Positions 36,344 to 49,500 of a DNA stretch of 64,000 nt are shown piece by piece (position 1 is the stretch's first letter; every line of letters begins with the position of its first letter). Source of the stretch: Blepharisma stoltei ATCC 30299 (taxonomy: Eukaryota > Protista > Ciliophora); NCBI GenBank assembly GCA_965603825.1, contig CBFDEM010000054.1, positions 248,001 to 312,000 on the forward strand, in the 5' to 3' direction. Below the pieces are notes generated by a model. It was not told the origin of the DNA. It made no database searches and saw only the letters and a list, made by a program, of their open reading frames with translations. The translations under genes were made by a program, and so were the position numbers.

Positions 36344-37189
36344 ATGAGAGCCAATAGAAAACTGAGCTCAAATCACCCCAATAAGTCGTTTTCCACAACT
36401 CCAAAACCACTTAAAACCATAAAACTACACCAAAAAAACCAAGAAATAAAAAATAGTCCTGTAACCCATGCTCAAAACTTGGTTAATAACTGTAAAGCTC
36501 TTCAGAAGAAACTTGCAGCAATAAAAGACAGCTTCAGTCAAAACCAAGAATTCGGGTCTTACTACGTTAGTAAGATTCTTTCACAAGATTACGAAGAGCC
36601 CAAAACTTTTTATAAATTTGACAAGGCATATTTGCTCGGAAAGGCGAAAATTGCTCACAAAAAAGAAGCCCAAGAGCAAGATAGAAAAAAGCAAGAATTA
36701 ATACCTCTCACATGAAATAAATTTGAAAAGCTTAGCAAAGGGTTTAAAAAGCGTGAATTTGGGAAAGTGAAACCAATTATTGATGAAAAGCATCGACGTC
36801 CTGATTTGTTTTTATCAAGGTTAAATATAACCATAACAAGTGAATCTCCACCGAGCTCAAAACTTACAGGGCATAAATATCAAGAAAAAAGAGAGCCAAC
36901 CCTAAGTATTTTTAAAAGAAAAATGAAGAGACCAGTAACGGCAAGTCTTAAAAATGATATTGTATCAACTGATTGTACGGCTCCAGATATGGCTGAAAAT
37001 CTTTCCACTCAGGCTACTGAAGAGAGCAAAACAGAAACCGAAAAATTATTGTTCAAAGATTGCGAAAATTTAAGGAGTTTTGATCATCAGATGAATTTGG
37101 AGCAGCTGGTCAGAGTGAAAATAAAGCAATTGATTCATAATACAAATGGAAATCTACCATTAATAAAAATAAACAATCGTTTAGTGTAA
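36344..37189 (+). CDS. hypothetical basic protein
   Basis: Two ORFs joined in frame by TGA 36713-36715; TAA stop. Confidence 0.7.
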
Positions 37190-37328
37190 AAAAATTAAAT
37201 TATTTTTTATTTATATATTTTTCATATTTATTATGTTTTGCTTAGAGATTTACATTTTGGAGTATAATTTATAATGTCTTAATTAGTTGATCTTAATAAT
37301 TCCATTTAATGCTAAATAATATTGTCTA

Positions 37329-40300
37329 ATGGAGCTCAAAGAACTCAAAAATCCATTATTAGGCTCCCAGACTGGGAATACTTCAAATCGGCTTTTTGCT
37401 TCAATTGTGAAGCATGGCTCATTAAAGCAGGACGAATTACTATCTGAGCCTTTAGAAGAGCTAAAAAGTGCAATGTTAGATGTTGCTAATAGTTTTAACA
37501 AACATTTGCCAGCTCATTATAATGTCAAATATACATTATCAGGGTTCACGCTTCTCCCACTTGAAACAAATATTATTGCTTGTTCTTCAGGTGGAAATAT
37601 TATTGACTTCGACTTAAAGACAAAAGCCTTAAAAGAAGTTAAAATCTGCAGTGAATTGCATGATATTGCCCTAATAGATGAGTCGACTGCTGTTGCTTGT
37701 GGAGAAAACTCACTTTTTATAATTCACCTGCCTGAGCTGAGAGTATTAAAAGCAGAAACTATTGATCTTGGCAGAGAAGTTTGACAAATTAAAATTTCAT
37801 ATGACAAAAGATTTATTTTTGCTAATTTATCAACAAAGATAGTAAAAGTAAAAACTCATGAGCTGAGGATTGCTGAAAACTTTGCAGTTGGGGATTTCAT
37901 AGATTTTGATGTTGCTAGAGACAATACGATTTTTGCAATTTCAAAAGGAAAAATGATAAGCTTCTCAAAAGATTCTGAAATCATTACAGAGAAAAAGAAT
38001 CCAAAAGGAGGGCAAATTATAAAATTATCGCCTTTAGAAACGATAATTTCTGTAGTATTTGATTATTCTGTGCAAATTTTTGAAAAAATTTCTTTTAAAG
38101 CTTTAAGAGAACTAAATTACAGCAATGTCTCAGCAATTAATTTTACACCGAAAGAAGATATTTTCGTGATGTCAAAAGACGGAAAATTGATATTTTGAGA
38201 TATGGTGCAAGATAAAAAATTGTCAGAAATCCGAGCTCATGATAGCGAAATTACTTGCTTAATATTGAGTAAAAATGGAAAAACTGTATATTCATCATCA
38301 AGCGATTTAAAGCTCTCAGTGCTCAAAGTTCCTGAATTTTCTCAAGAAAGATCAATTGTATGTCAAAAGTTTTGTTTTTCCTCTTCAAATAGTCTATATT
38401 GTTTTATTGAAAGTACCTTATATTTATGAAATTTTGGAAGTGATGAAAAAGTAACAATATTTAAGTGTCCTAAAAAAGTGACTCATTTAATCGCAATCGA
38501 TGACCAGAACTTTATTTATCTTGATAATCAAGCTATTCATATTATGAATCTATTTTCTGTCAATAACAGCATGCCAATTGATTTAGGAAGCAATCACCCA
38601 GAAGTATCAAGCATTGACTATTTTAATGACAAAAGTATTCTGGCGACTGGAGATATATATGGAAAAATTAATTTATGAGACGTAAAACGATATGAATTAT
38701 TCAAAAAGTTAGAGGGGCATGCATATTCAGTGAAAATCGTCAAATTTATGAAAAATTCTGGATTTTTGATGTCAGGATCAACTGATGGCGAAATAAGAAT
38801 ATGGGATACATATACAGGCAGTCTACTTTCAATTATTTTTGATGCTCATAAGAATGGTATTGAAAGAACATTCAGCTTTAACAATGATGATAAAATACTC
38901 TCTGCCTGTGCTGAAGAAATTAAAATATGGGACTGAAGAAGAGCAAAACTAATTCATAAATTTGGCTCTGAGCTGGGTATAATAAACGACGTATCATTAT
39001 TATCAGATGAAAAAACATTAATTTCAATACATGGGATGCATAAGGTGTTTTATTGGGACATGAAAACTTTTACCAGGATTTATAGCTATGAGACTTCTTA
39101 TGCTTGCATAGGAATGGGTGTCTCTCAAAATGAGGAGTATTTTATATATTTTGAGTCTGCTAATGAAGAGAGCTGCAAATTATATATTAATAAAAACCCT
39201 TTTAAAACTATTCTACCTATGGCAGTAGGTACGGGAGACAATTTTTCTTATATGCAGTATATCTCAGACATAATTATGAATCAGTGCAAAAAGCACGATG
39301 CAACTAAAGAAAATTGGCTGATTTTCCCATATCGTTTTAACCTGCTTCATTTTTATGCATATTTTAATGATTCACGAAGCTTAAAAAAATGTTTAACTAA
39401 TGGCACGCCAATTATAAATACAACTTTTGGCCTAAATCCTTTATCAATATCTATATTAAAAGGACTAATTGATTGTGAAGCTGCAATAGTAGGAAAGTTT
39501 AAAAGCCTAGTTTCTGAAAACCCTTATTCTCTTTCATTCCTCAACTCAGATATTTTAACTAAAATGAATCTAGCAGGCAACTCAAGTTTAAATAAATTTT
39601 ACAATGCTATTTTTATCATCCATCATCCTCTCTCAATTAAATTTTGCAGTAGCAATACAAAATTTCCACTATACCGCCACTCTAAAAAATTCAGAGTTAA
39701 AGAAAGCAAATTTTTCAATCATCCTAAAAAAATGAAGGAAGAAATCCCAGTAACTTATAAGCAATGCGTTATTCCTATAAATCTTACGTTAGGCTCTAAA
39801 GAAAGTATTGATTTTTTGAACAGTCTGCGACATTCTCCAAATGAAAATGTGTTTAAAAATTACTTTATAAAGCAGTTGCTAAAATATAAGTGGGATAGAT
39901 TAAGATGGGTAATGTATTCCAAAGCATTGTTTTATGCATTTTATCTATTTATTTTATCAGTTTACATTGTTTTCTTTTTAGAAAAACAAGGATTTTTAGT
40001 GTTTTTGCTGCTTATTAGTATTATACTGTCTTGCTATGAGTTTTATAAATTAATTGTGGCCCGTCGAAACTACTTTAAAGACATATGAAATTCTATTGAG
40101 TGCATAAGAACTTTTTTCAGCTTGATTTATGCAATAATTCAGTTTTCAGGCTCTTCACAAGATGTTTGCTATGGATTTTTAGTATGGCTTATAATTTTTT
40201 CATGGATTAGAGGGATTTCATACTTCAGGGTATCAAAAAGGCTCCGTTATATGAGTAACTTATTATATGAAGTATTCAAAGATGTGGCTTGGTTTCTAGT

Positions 40301-40958
40301 TTTATTATTTTACTCTACTCTGTCTTTCAGCTTTATTTTCTATGTTTTAGATACCAAAAGTTTAGGCTATGCTGAAAACTTAGCTATGGCTTATAGAATT
40401 AATATAGGAGATTACGATGTAGATGGTATGAATGAAATCCAGTGAATATTTTTCTTTATAGCAAGCCTAATTAATGCTATAATTATGCTGAATTTACTTA
40501 TTTCAATTATGTGGGACACTTTTGAGCGCGTTCAAGAGTTTTCTGAAATAGCAGACCAAAAAGAAGTCGCAGAAATCATTGTTGAGCTAGAAACGCTTAT
40601 AATTTGGAAGAGAAATAGCAGCACCAAAAGATACTTTCAGATGTGCATAAGAGAAAAGCTGAAATATTCAAAGGCTGAGATGGGTCAAAAGTTTAAAGAG
40701 ATGAAGCAAGCAGTCTTTAAAAACCAGGCTATAAATAAGCAAAATGCTAAAGCAATTGCAGAGTTGAGCAATCAAAATTGTAGGATAATTGAAATTCTCC
40801 AAGAGCTACAAAATGAGCCTGATGACAAAAACAGAAAAATAGATTTGGAGAAAGAGCTGGAAGAAAATTCAGAAATTATGTATAGGAAATCTAAAGAAAG
40901 ATTTAGTAGAGGAGATCTAGAGTCAATCATACTATCCTCTGATAGTGAAGACGCTTAA
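37329..40958 (+). CDS. WD40 + ankyrin-like + TRP-like 6TM cation channel (~1209 aa)
   Basis: Eight track ORFs share one frame through TGA. WD/GH motifs, LLHFYA/NPLSIS ankyrin-like repeats, LLKYKW, TM segments, MLNLLISIMWDTFERV S6/TRP-like motif, C-terminal coiled coil. Confidence 0.87.
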
Positions 40959-41052
40959 AAGCTAAATCTAGGATAATAATTATTTAATTATTTAGTAAGG
41001 GGCTAATATTAAAAAATTCCATATTAATAGAAAATAAAGGTTATAGTCAACA

Positions 41053-42769
41053 ATGGGTAAAAGATAAATAGATATAAACCCCTTAGAATTCTTAATAGAA
41101 GAATTGAGTACTGACGAAACCTATGTCAAAGTAAACGCTATTCACCGACTTCAAATAATAGCTACTATTCTAGGTCCTGAAAAAACTAAAACCGAGCTTC
41201 TTCCTTATTTAGCAAGTAATGTTTATCTAGCTTTAACACACTTAGAAGACGAAGTTCTTTTTGCTTTAGCCCAAGAATTAGGTGAATTTCATCCATTTTT
41301 GCCTGGAGAAGCAAGTTCTTTATTGCCTTTACTCGAAGCTTTAGCAGCACTTGATGAAACATTGATTAGAGAGCAAGCTGTGAAATCTCTTATAATAATA
41401 TCAGATATTTTATCAGATACTGAAATCATTGAAATATTTGTTCCAACTATTCTTAGATTAGCTTCTGCTGAAAATTTTTCGGCAAAGGTATCTGCATGCG
41501 CGCTATTTTCCCATGCGTATCCTAGGAGTGGGGAATTACAAGAGAATTTAAGACAGATAATTTTTGAATTAAGCCGTGAAGATGTGCCAATGGTTAGAAG
41601 AGCTGCATTGATTGAAATGGGGAGAATTGCTAAGGCAATTGAAAAAGATTATTTATTTACTGAAATTGTTCCAAAATTAAGAAAACGAGCCGAAGATGAG
41701 CAAGACCAAATAAGAGCATTATGTATTGAAAGCTTAATCGAAATAATCAAGCTCTTAAATGAAGAAGAAAATAAACTATACTCTTTGCCAATTATTCATT
41801 TGATTGGGGAAGATAAGTCATGAAAGGTTAGATTTTCCTTTGCCAAGCATTTTCCTACACTTGTAGAAGTTTTAGGAAAAGACATAACAGAAAATTCTTT
41901 ACTTCAAACTTTTGTTCGCGTCTTGCAAGATATAGAATCAGAAGTAAGAGCAATTGCATTACTGTCACTCAAAAATACACTCCACACAATTCCAACAGAA
42001 AAAATACAAAATCTAATTTTTCCAATCCTGGAATCCACTTTTAGAGATGAAAGCTCAACACCAAATGTCAAGAAAAACTGTACAGAAGTTATCTTTGTAA
42101 TAGCTAGTTATGCAGAAAAGGATTTTTCTTATGCAAAAATAGCCCCGCTGTGCTTTGATTTGGCAAATGATGAGAATTATGAAATCAAGCTAACAATGAT
42201 TGAAGGGCTTGGAAATATTGCCAAAGCTATTGGTCCAGAGTTTCTTACCCCACCATTGTGCGAATCTTTATTAAGGCTAGCTAAAGAATCCCCACAGTGA
42301 AGACTAAGAGAATCTGTATATAAGTGTTGTGTGTCTATAGCAAAGTATTTAGGTGGTGGGGTATTTATCGAGCTACTTCAGCCCATTTTTTTTAACTTTC
42401 TCAGTAAATAAGGTACGGAAAACTGGTGCCAAAAAAGTTGTGGAGCTAGTAGAAATCCTTCCGCCAAGCTGAATAATGGCTGAACTTTTACCTAGGCTTC
42501 AAGAATTTTATCATCAAGACCTAGGCTACATCTCTAGACGAACTGTCCTGTATATTTTAGGTCATCTACCACTAGACCCTGACCAGTTAATCCCAATTTT
42601 CACAGAAGCTTCCCAAGACAGAGTCCCAAATATTCGCCTCATTCTGTGCAAATCCCTCAACAGGCTGCGCTCCAAAATGGACATCTCCCCCTTCACACCA
42701 ATTCTCCAAGTGCTTTCAGATGACCCTGACAATGATGTCAAATATTTTGCTTTGCAAGCCCTTGATTAA
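41053..42769 (+). CDS. PP2A scaffold (A/PR65) subunit-like HEAT protein with a +1 frame discontinuity at ~42400-42411
   Basis: MDINPLEFLIEEL..., LGPEKTKTELLPYL, DEVLFALAQELG, DVPMVRRAA, DKSW(TGA)KVR, DRVPNIR, DPDNDVKYFA. Introns at 41057-41071 and probably 41216-41230. Frame change near 42405. Confidence 0.85.
41057..41071 (+). other. 15-nt intron gtaaaagataaatag
   Basis: Follows ATGG; removal gives MDINPL; contains an in-frame TAA. Confidence 0.88.
41216..41230 (+). other. probable stop-free 15-nt intron gtaatgtttatctag
   Basis: Matches GTA..A10..TAG consensus; removal restores PP2A-A-like spacing between LLPYL and EDEVL. Confidence 0.75.
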
Positions 42770-42822
42770 TAATATCTAATAAATTCTTAAATACATATGC
42801 CGCCACCTTCATTGGAATAATA

Positions 42823-44529
42823 ATGAAAACATCAAATGAAAAATTAGATTCTTCAGAGGTATTTTAAAATCAGCGACGATTATTATTTCTCCCTCCATCA
42901 GTAAAGCAAGGAAAAGAAAGAGAATGCAGGGTAGAAGACTTCCAAAGCATTGCAACAAAACCTCTTGGACTAGGAGCTTTTGGGGAAGTCTTCAAAGTAA
43001 AACATACAGCATCAGGGAAAGAATTCGCTATAAAAGTAATACCAAAAACCAGAGTGCTGCTGAGAGGAATGCTTCAGCAGGTAAGAAGGGAGGTGAGGAT
43101 CATGTATTGTTTAAATCATCCAAATATAGTAAAATTGTATTCACATTTTGAAGATAACACAAATTTTTATTTGATTTTGGAGCTAGCTGAAGGAGGGCAA
43201 TTATTTACGAAATTGAGGAAAATGAAAAGTTTTGACGAACAGAGTGCAGCGCAGTATTTGAGAGAAGTTGCTTTGGCTGTGCAGTATTTACATTCAAAAG
43301 ATCCTCCAATTATTCATAGAGATATAAAACCTGAAAATATTTTATTAGATGCAGAAGGAAATGCAAAATTAGGAGATTTCGGTTGGAGTAATTTTTTTAA
43401 TGAAGAACGATCAACTTATTGTGGAACTCTAGATTATTTAGCACCCGAAATGATTGAAAGAAAAGGCCATGGAATTAATTTAGATTTGTGGAATTTAGGA
43501 GTTCTCCTATTCGAAATGCTAGTCGGAAGAGCTCCTTTTCAGTCTAACACACAGGCTGAGCTATTTGACAAAATAAGAGCAGCAAAAATTGGTTTCCCTA
43601 AAAATTTTCCATTATTAGCAAAAGATCTCGTAAAAAGACTGTTAAATCCTAATCCAGATTTAAGAATTACCATCACAAAATTATTAGAACACCCTTGAAT
43701 GAAGCAACATCCACCAATTAGAAATACATGCGAAATTGAAACAGAGAGAACTCCGCTGCCTACAATTCCTGATCAAGGAGATGTAGAGTTTACTGATGAA
43801 TGTGTAGTGATTTCTGAACCACTCAGAAATGAAAAAATTAAAGCGAATGTACTGAAGACGGAAATATGGACAACTGATAGAGAATTAGCTAAAAAGCAGC
43901 AAATGTTAAGGTCACTTGAAGAAAAAGTCGAGCATCTAAGGAATAGAAATAATAGCTTGCAGAATGATTTAGATAAGCTGAGGGCAGAGCAGATTCAAAG
44001 CTTTACATTATTGAGAACTGTAGAAACTGCAAGAAAAAGCAAAGAAAATATAAGAAAACAGTGCAAGTATGGCCTTGCAATGATAAAAGAGCACGAGAAC
44101 GATCAAAAAAAAATTATCAAACTTAAAGAAAAATATCAAAAGCAATGTCAAGCAGCTGAATTGAAAATCAAAAACTCAGAGTTAAATTTGAGATACCTAA
44201 AATCAGTTAAATTTGTCCATGAAAAAAGCGAAATGTTTGAAGCAATTAAGAATGATATGACAGAGCTCAATAATGCAGTCATTTTATTCAAAAGAGGCCT
44301 GAAATCATCAATTTATCTTAGGCATTCTTCACAATTATTGCAGGAATTAAGAGGGAGAGCTGAAACTAAGAGCAAAATACAAAAGATGATCGATAAGTTG
44401 AGGGAAAGTTATGAAAAACGAGTCCATTCTTTAAGATGCTTGCATTCAGATTTGAATGATATAACAAATGTCCTTGACATAAGAAAACTTGTTCTTAATC
44501 TTGTGGCTCCGAATTCAATTTCAAATTAA
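42823..44529 (+). CDS. Aurora-like Ser/Thr kinase with C-terminal coiled coil
   Basis: [55 protein letters not shown](TGA); intron 42859-42873. Confidence 0.9.
42859..42873 (+). other. 15-nt intron gtattttaaaatcag
   Basis: GT-AG, A at position 10, in-frame TAA. Confidence 0.85.
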
Positions 44530-44752
44530 TTTATGCTTATATTAATAACTATTATTTATCTCGTACCTAATAAAATTTAAATTAAAATGATTTTAGAGCA
44601 CTTTTATAAATATTGATAAAATATCCGGTTTATGCTAATCTTACTGATAATTTCACATTTTCTTTTAGGTTGTTGTGGCCATGCATTTTGTAGGCTTTGC
44701 ATTTAATTCAATGGAATTTTATGCTAAACTACTTTTAAAATCTTATAAAATA

Positions 44753-45421
44753 ATGTTGCTACTGAAAAACAAAAAGAAACATAGCGTGCTTTTCTCTGTT
44801 GCTGAGATGCGCCTTTCAAAAGATCTAGCAGAGCTTTCCACAAAGCGATATACAGCAGGCTATACAAATATAAATATCTCTTTCCCCTACAATGAAGGTA
44901 TATATAAATGCGTCCCAGTTTCACTTCAAATAAAGCCTGATCAGAATCATTTATACGCAGGAGCTTGGTTCCATTGTATTATAAAAATAAACCCTGGCTA
45001 TCCTTTCAAGCCGCCAATTGTAGTTGTAAAAAACCAAGTTTATCATCCAAACATCGACATAGACACCGGGTATTTCGCAATTGATGCCCTTCAAGAAGAG
45101 GAATGAAAACCGGTAATGACCGTTAATTCAATAATTTTTGCTATCGAATTGGTTCTCTATGAGCCAAATCTCAATTTAATTCCTGAAAATATTTTGAATC
45201 TAGAAATAGCAGAGTTATACAAAAATAATAAAAGCGAATTTCAATGGAGAGTGAGCCAAACATTGCAAGGTGGGATTTTTTTTGGTAAATATGCTTTTGC
45301 ACCGATGTATGGAGAATCTACTTTTCAAAAACGACCACGAGAAGGACTTGACGAGCTTACCAGGAAAATGAAAAAAATTTCAATTAGTGCTGAAATGTCT
45401 ATGGAGGTCGATCCTTTGTAA
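44753..45421 (+). CDS. UBC12/UBE2M-like E2-fold protein lacking the catalytic Cys
   Basis: AEMRLSKDLAEL, YPFKPP, YHPNID, EW(TGA)KPVMTVNSII, EPN, TLQGG; GYFAI where GxVCL is expected. Confidence 0.82.
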
Positions 45422-45449
45422 AAAATTAATTTTTTAATTATTACTAATT

Positions 45450-46070
45450 AAGGTTACACACTCAAGGAGTCAATCTCTCTTATTTTTACAATTTTTCCAA
45501 TAAACTCTCGTATTTTTTGATTTATAACTCCTATTTTTTCTCTATATCTTCCGCCTCCCGATTTCCTCAAACTTTAAGCTGCATGTTATGTATAATATGT
45601 CAAACATCTGATATAATTATCTTCAGAATTTCCTCAGCGACGCATTAATCCCTTATGTATATGATGAGCCATCTCCAAAGTCCCTAAATGAGCCAATTTT
45701 ATCATCAAGCCTTTCTCTCATCTTTTATAAGCTCTTTATCACTTAAAACATCATCACCAATGTAGCCCAGTGCCTCTTTCACCATCAAACGAACTTTGTA
45801 GCAACTTGATGATTATTCAAATTTATCATTTTGTAAATGCCCTTGTCTCAGTCTTTTCAGTGTTTTTCTCTGAGATTCGTTTGGAGCCTGCGATACTTTC
45901 GGTGCCTCATTTTGAGCAAAACCATTGAGTTTTTCCTTAGCCTTCACGTGCAGAGATAAGCTTTCTATCCATCTTAAAAATTCCTTCTTCTTAAAGGTTC
46001 ATTAACTGGGATCTTGATGCTTGTTGAATTTCGGAGCTTGTGAAAGCGAATGAAAAACAGATAAAAACAT
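45450..46070 (-). pseudogene. probable decayed gene
   Basis: Coding-like composition and ATG at 46068-46070, but several in-frame TAA/TAG and apparent frameshifts; no consensus introns rescue it. Confidence 0.4.
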
Positions 46071-46149
46071 ATTTTTACAAAATCGGTTTTAATTTTAATT
46101 TAGCAAGCTAAATTTAATTTGATGACAGTAATAAATAAAATTTTAAATT

Positions 46150-46560
46150 ATGACAGAAGAGGCTCAAGGTGACCAAAGAGAGCAGGATAGATTCTTGCCG
46201 ATAGCCAATATTTCGCGTATCATGAAAAAAGCTTTACCACCTTCAGCAAAAATCAGTAAAGATGCCAAAGAATGTGTGCAAGAATGCGTCTCCGAGTTCA
46301 TCAGCTTTATTACCAGTGAAGCCTGTGAGAAATGCCTCAGTGAAAGAAGAAAGACAATAAGTGGTGACGACCTGATGTACGCTATGAACACTCTTGGATT
46401 CGAAAAGTATATTGAGCCTCTGCGCGTCTATTTACAAAGATACCGAGATCTTTCCAAAGGAGAAAAAAATGATGAAGAAGGAATCCCACCAATGCTGTTT
46501 CCAAAGACACTTAATGGAGAAGATCATGAAGAAGAGGAAGAAGAAGAAAAATCAGACTAA
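46150..46560 (+). CDS. NFYB: NF-YB/HAP3 histone-fold CCAAT-binding subunit
   Basis: [38 protein letters not shown]. Confidence 0.95.
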   Translation: MTEEAQGDQREQDRFLPIANISRIMKKALPPSAKISKDAKECVQECVSEFISFITSEACEKCLSERRKTISGDDLMYAMNTLGFEKYIEPLRVYLQRYRDLSKGEKNDEEGIPPMLFPKTLNGEDHEEEEEEEKSD

Positions 46561-46598
46561 TTTTATAAGTTATATATGAAAAAATACATGTTATAATA

Positions 46599-49500
46599 AT
46601 GTACCGATTTTATGTCAAAGACCAAGGACGAAAAAGACTTGTTGAATACCCCGTGAGAGAAGTCCAATATCTTGCCCAACAACTCGGCATGGATTTTGAA
46701 AATGAAGAAAAATATAAGTGGTTTCTCCATCAAGCTTTACTATGCTTGCTGCCAATTGGATGGAAAAGAGAAAGCGACTATAAAGGCCAAATCCAATACC
46801 ACAATATGAAAACTCAAATTACTACCACTAATCACCCTTTAATTTACAAATTCAGAAAATGCTTTGCAAGACTTGTAGAAAAAGACATTGAACAGAATTT
46901 CCAAGAAAATACAAAAGAATCTTCTCAAAGTGATAGGAAAAATACAAATAATCCTCAGAATAACGAAATTTTATCATATGAAGACCAGATGGTCGCTTTT
47001 GAAAAACTTATGGCAAAGGTTGGGAAAACTGAAAATAATACAGGAGAGAAATTCATCCAAATTCAAAAGGAATCAAAAGAGTTCTATGATCTATTATTTG
47101 GAGGAAAAGATGACGGGCCACCTAAAATGATAGAAGACTCTCTTGAATACCAATTAATAAATCCTGAAGCTGTATTAAATCTAGCAAAAGAATATGGAAT
47201 TGCTGGAGATTATCGATTATTATGAATTGCAAGAGTAGCTCTTGTGCTTCCATTACCTCCTTTATGAAAACAGGAATTAGACAGTGTAGGAAATATTGTA
47301 TATGTTAATACAGAAATTGCTAGCTCTCAAATCCAACATCCAGCTCGTATATTTTTAATGGAGCTAATCCAGCGTGTCAAGTTTAACGTTGGAGGAAGAG
47401 AAGTTTCACAGTTTACGACATTCTATGACAATGAATGTAGAAAATACGAAGTAGATTTGGTGAAGCTGATCCAAAGAAAAGACTATATTGTAATGAAAGA
47501 AAATATGCCTGATCCTGAATTCAGAAGAAGGGCTGCTTATTTCAAGCCGAGACTGACAGTTGATGAAGCTATTACAGATATCATGGTTTTTGAGATCGCA
47601 AAATCTGCTGGGATTAATTTTCAAAATGAAATTCATTTGTTAGGGTCTGTATATCAACATCTTGAGACACTTAAAAAAGAAACTAGCATGAAGCACTGGG
47701 AATTTCGATTTACAATGGAAGGGAAACGCTATTGATATAACACAAAAGAAAAACGATCTGTCCAGCATTTCCCTTTTAGGGATGAAATGAAAAAATTTAT
47801 CAAAGAAATGAGGAAAGAAATTTTCATGAATAATAAAATCGCAGTGAGAAATATTGCTGACAGGCATCCAGAGTTCCAAGCGAGAGGAAAACCGTTTTAT
47901 GACAAGGTAAGAGCTGATGCTTTAGCAGCTGCAGAGCTATTTTTAAGAAAAAATATTGACAGCGCTGATCCTGAAGACCAATATCCATTGACTAGCATCA
48001 CTAGAGAGCTTAATCGAAAAGTCTCATTGTCAGAAATGATGGACATTCTCTATGCATGCCCATTTGCTTTTTCAGTCTCCTTATTAAACCACCCAGGAGA
48101 TCTCGAAGGCTATGAGTCTGTAGAAGACGCCCCCAGCTCTCACTCTGACTCAAAAGAAGAAGAGGAAGAAATTTCTGACATCAACAACTTTGCAGACTCT
48201 GATGAAGAAAAAGAACCAGAAAAGAAAGCACCTGAATGGTTTTATAGAAAAAAGCTTAAGAAGAAAGAAGGCGTTTCAGAAGAGGTGAAAGTAGAAAGGG
48301 CTAGAAAAAGAAAACTATCCAGAAAATCCAAAGATCCGACTCCATTAGTTGAGAGAAGACTTGAAAGAAGCAGAACATTGGCATCGCAGAATTATAAGTA
48401 TTTAAGAATGAAGCATGACAATAAGACATTATATAGTGATAACAGTGAAAATTATGACAGTATCGAAGAACTTAGTGCAAGCGAAGAAGACAGCTATGAT
48501 AGCCACTCAGAAAATGACATAAAGGTACAAGAAGGCAGGCAGAATGACGAAGAAATTCTGCAAGAAAAAGAAGAAGCAAAAGAAGAAGTAACAGAAGAAA
48601 TAAAGGAAAAGCCGAGAATTGAAAATAAGTCAAGGGAGAGAAAAAGTGAAGCCAAACAAAGAGAGCCAGAACGAGTGAAAGAGACTCCAACAAAACAAGA
48701 AAATTTGGTGGTGAAAAAAGAAGAAATCAAAGTTGAGAAAATTGCTATTACTGATGAATACATTAGTACACCTGAGCTGCAAAATAGCTCAGAGAGACCT
48801 TCAGAAATAGAAATTTATGAAAATACAGAAGAAATAAATGAGAGCGATGAAATGATTAAAGAAATTCTGGAATATAAAGCTGAAGAAACGAAAATTGACG
48901 ATATAATAGAAAATGCAAGAAGCCAGCAAAGAGCACAAACTTTAAACCCAACAATTCTTGAATCAGAAGCTAAGAAAGCTGAAGAAAAAGTTGAAACTCC
49001 TGCCAATGTAAGAAAATCACAAAGAGGGAAAACAATTAGCCCAACTCTTATGGAATTCAACACTCGACAATCACCAGTTCTCTATAGCAGTAACAGTGGT
49101 CAGAGTACTACAAGAAAGCTTAAAAGTAGAGCTGAAAGCAGTGTTGATGGGTCTCTTCTTCCTTCTAGCTCAATGCCTCTCACAGAATTCCCTCAAAGAG
49201 ATGGAATTAGGACACAAACAGGCTTTTACAACCACAAGCCAGAGCCTGAAAGCCAAAATCTCAAAGAAATTCAAGAGGAGATGCTAAGAACTGTCTCAAT
49301 TGAAGGTGTGAAGCTCTCTAGCAGCATGTCTTTTAATGATATGAAAGGCTTAGTTAGAAGAGGCAAAAACGCAGAGAATAAAAAAGCGCAACAAGACACA
49401 AGCCAACACAGAACCCCAGCCCAATCTCCAACAGCGGACCCTAAAAGAAAAAGTGACAAAAATAGTAGACTATGACAAAAAGTATTAAAACGAGTCAATG

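Noticed and set aside
27131-40958. Apparent mass pseudogenisation (many short ORF fragments)
   Set aside because: Fragments share one frame and are separated only by TGA at Trp positions or by 15-nt introns.
45450-46070. Gene using UAR=Gln (foreign or ambiguous code)
   Set aside because: Reading TAA/TAG as Gln still leaves frame changes; pseudogene decay is simpler.
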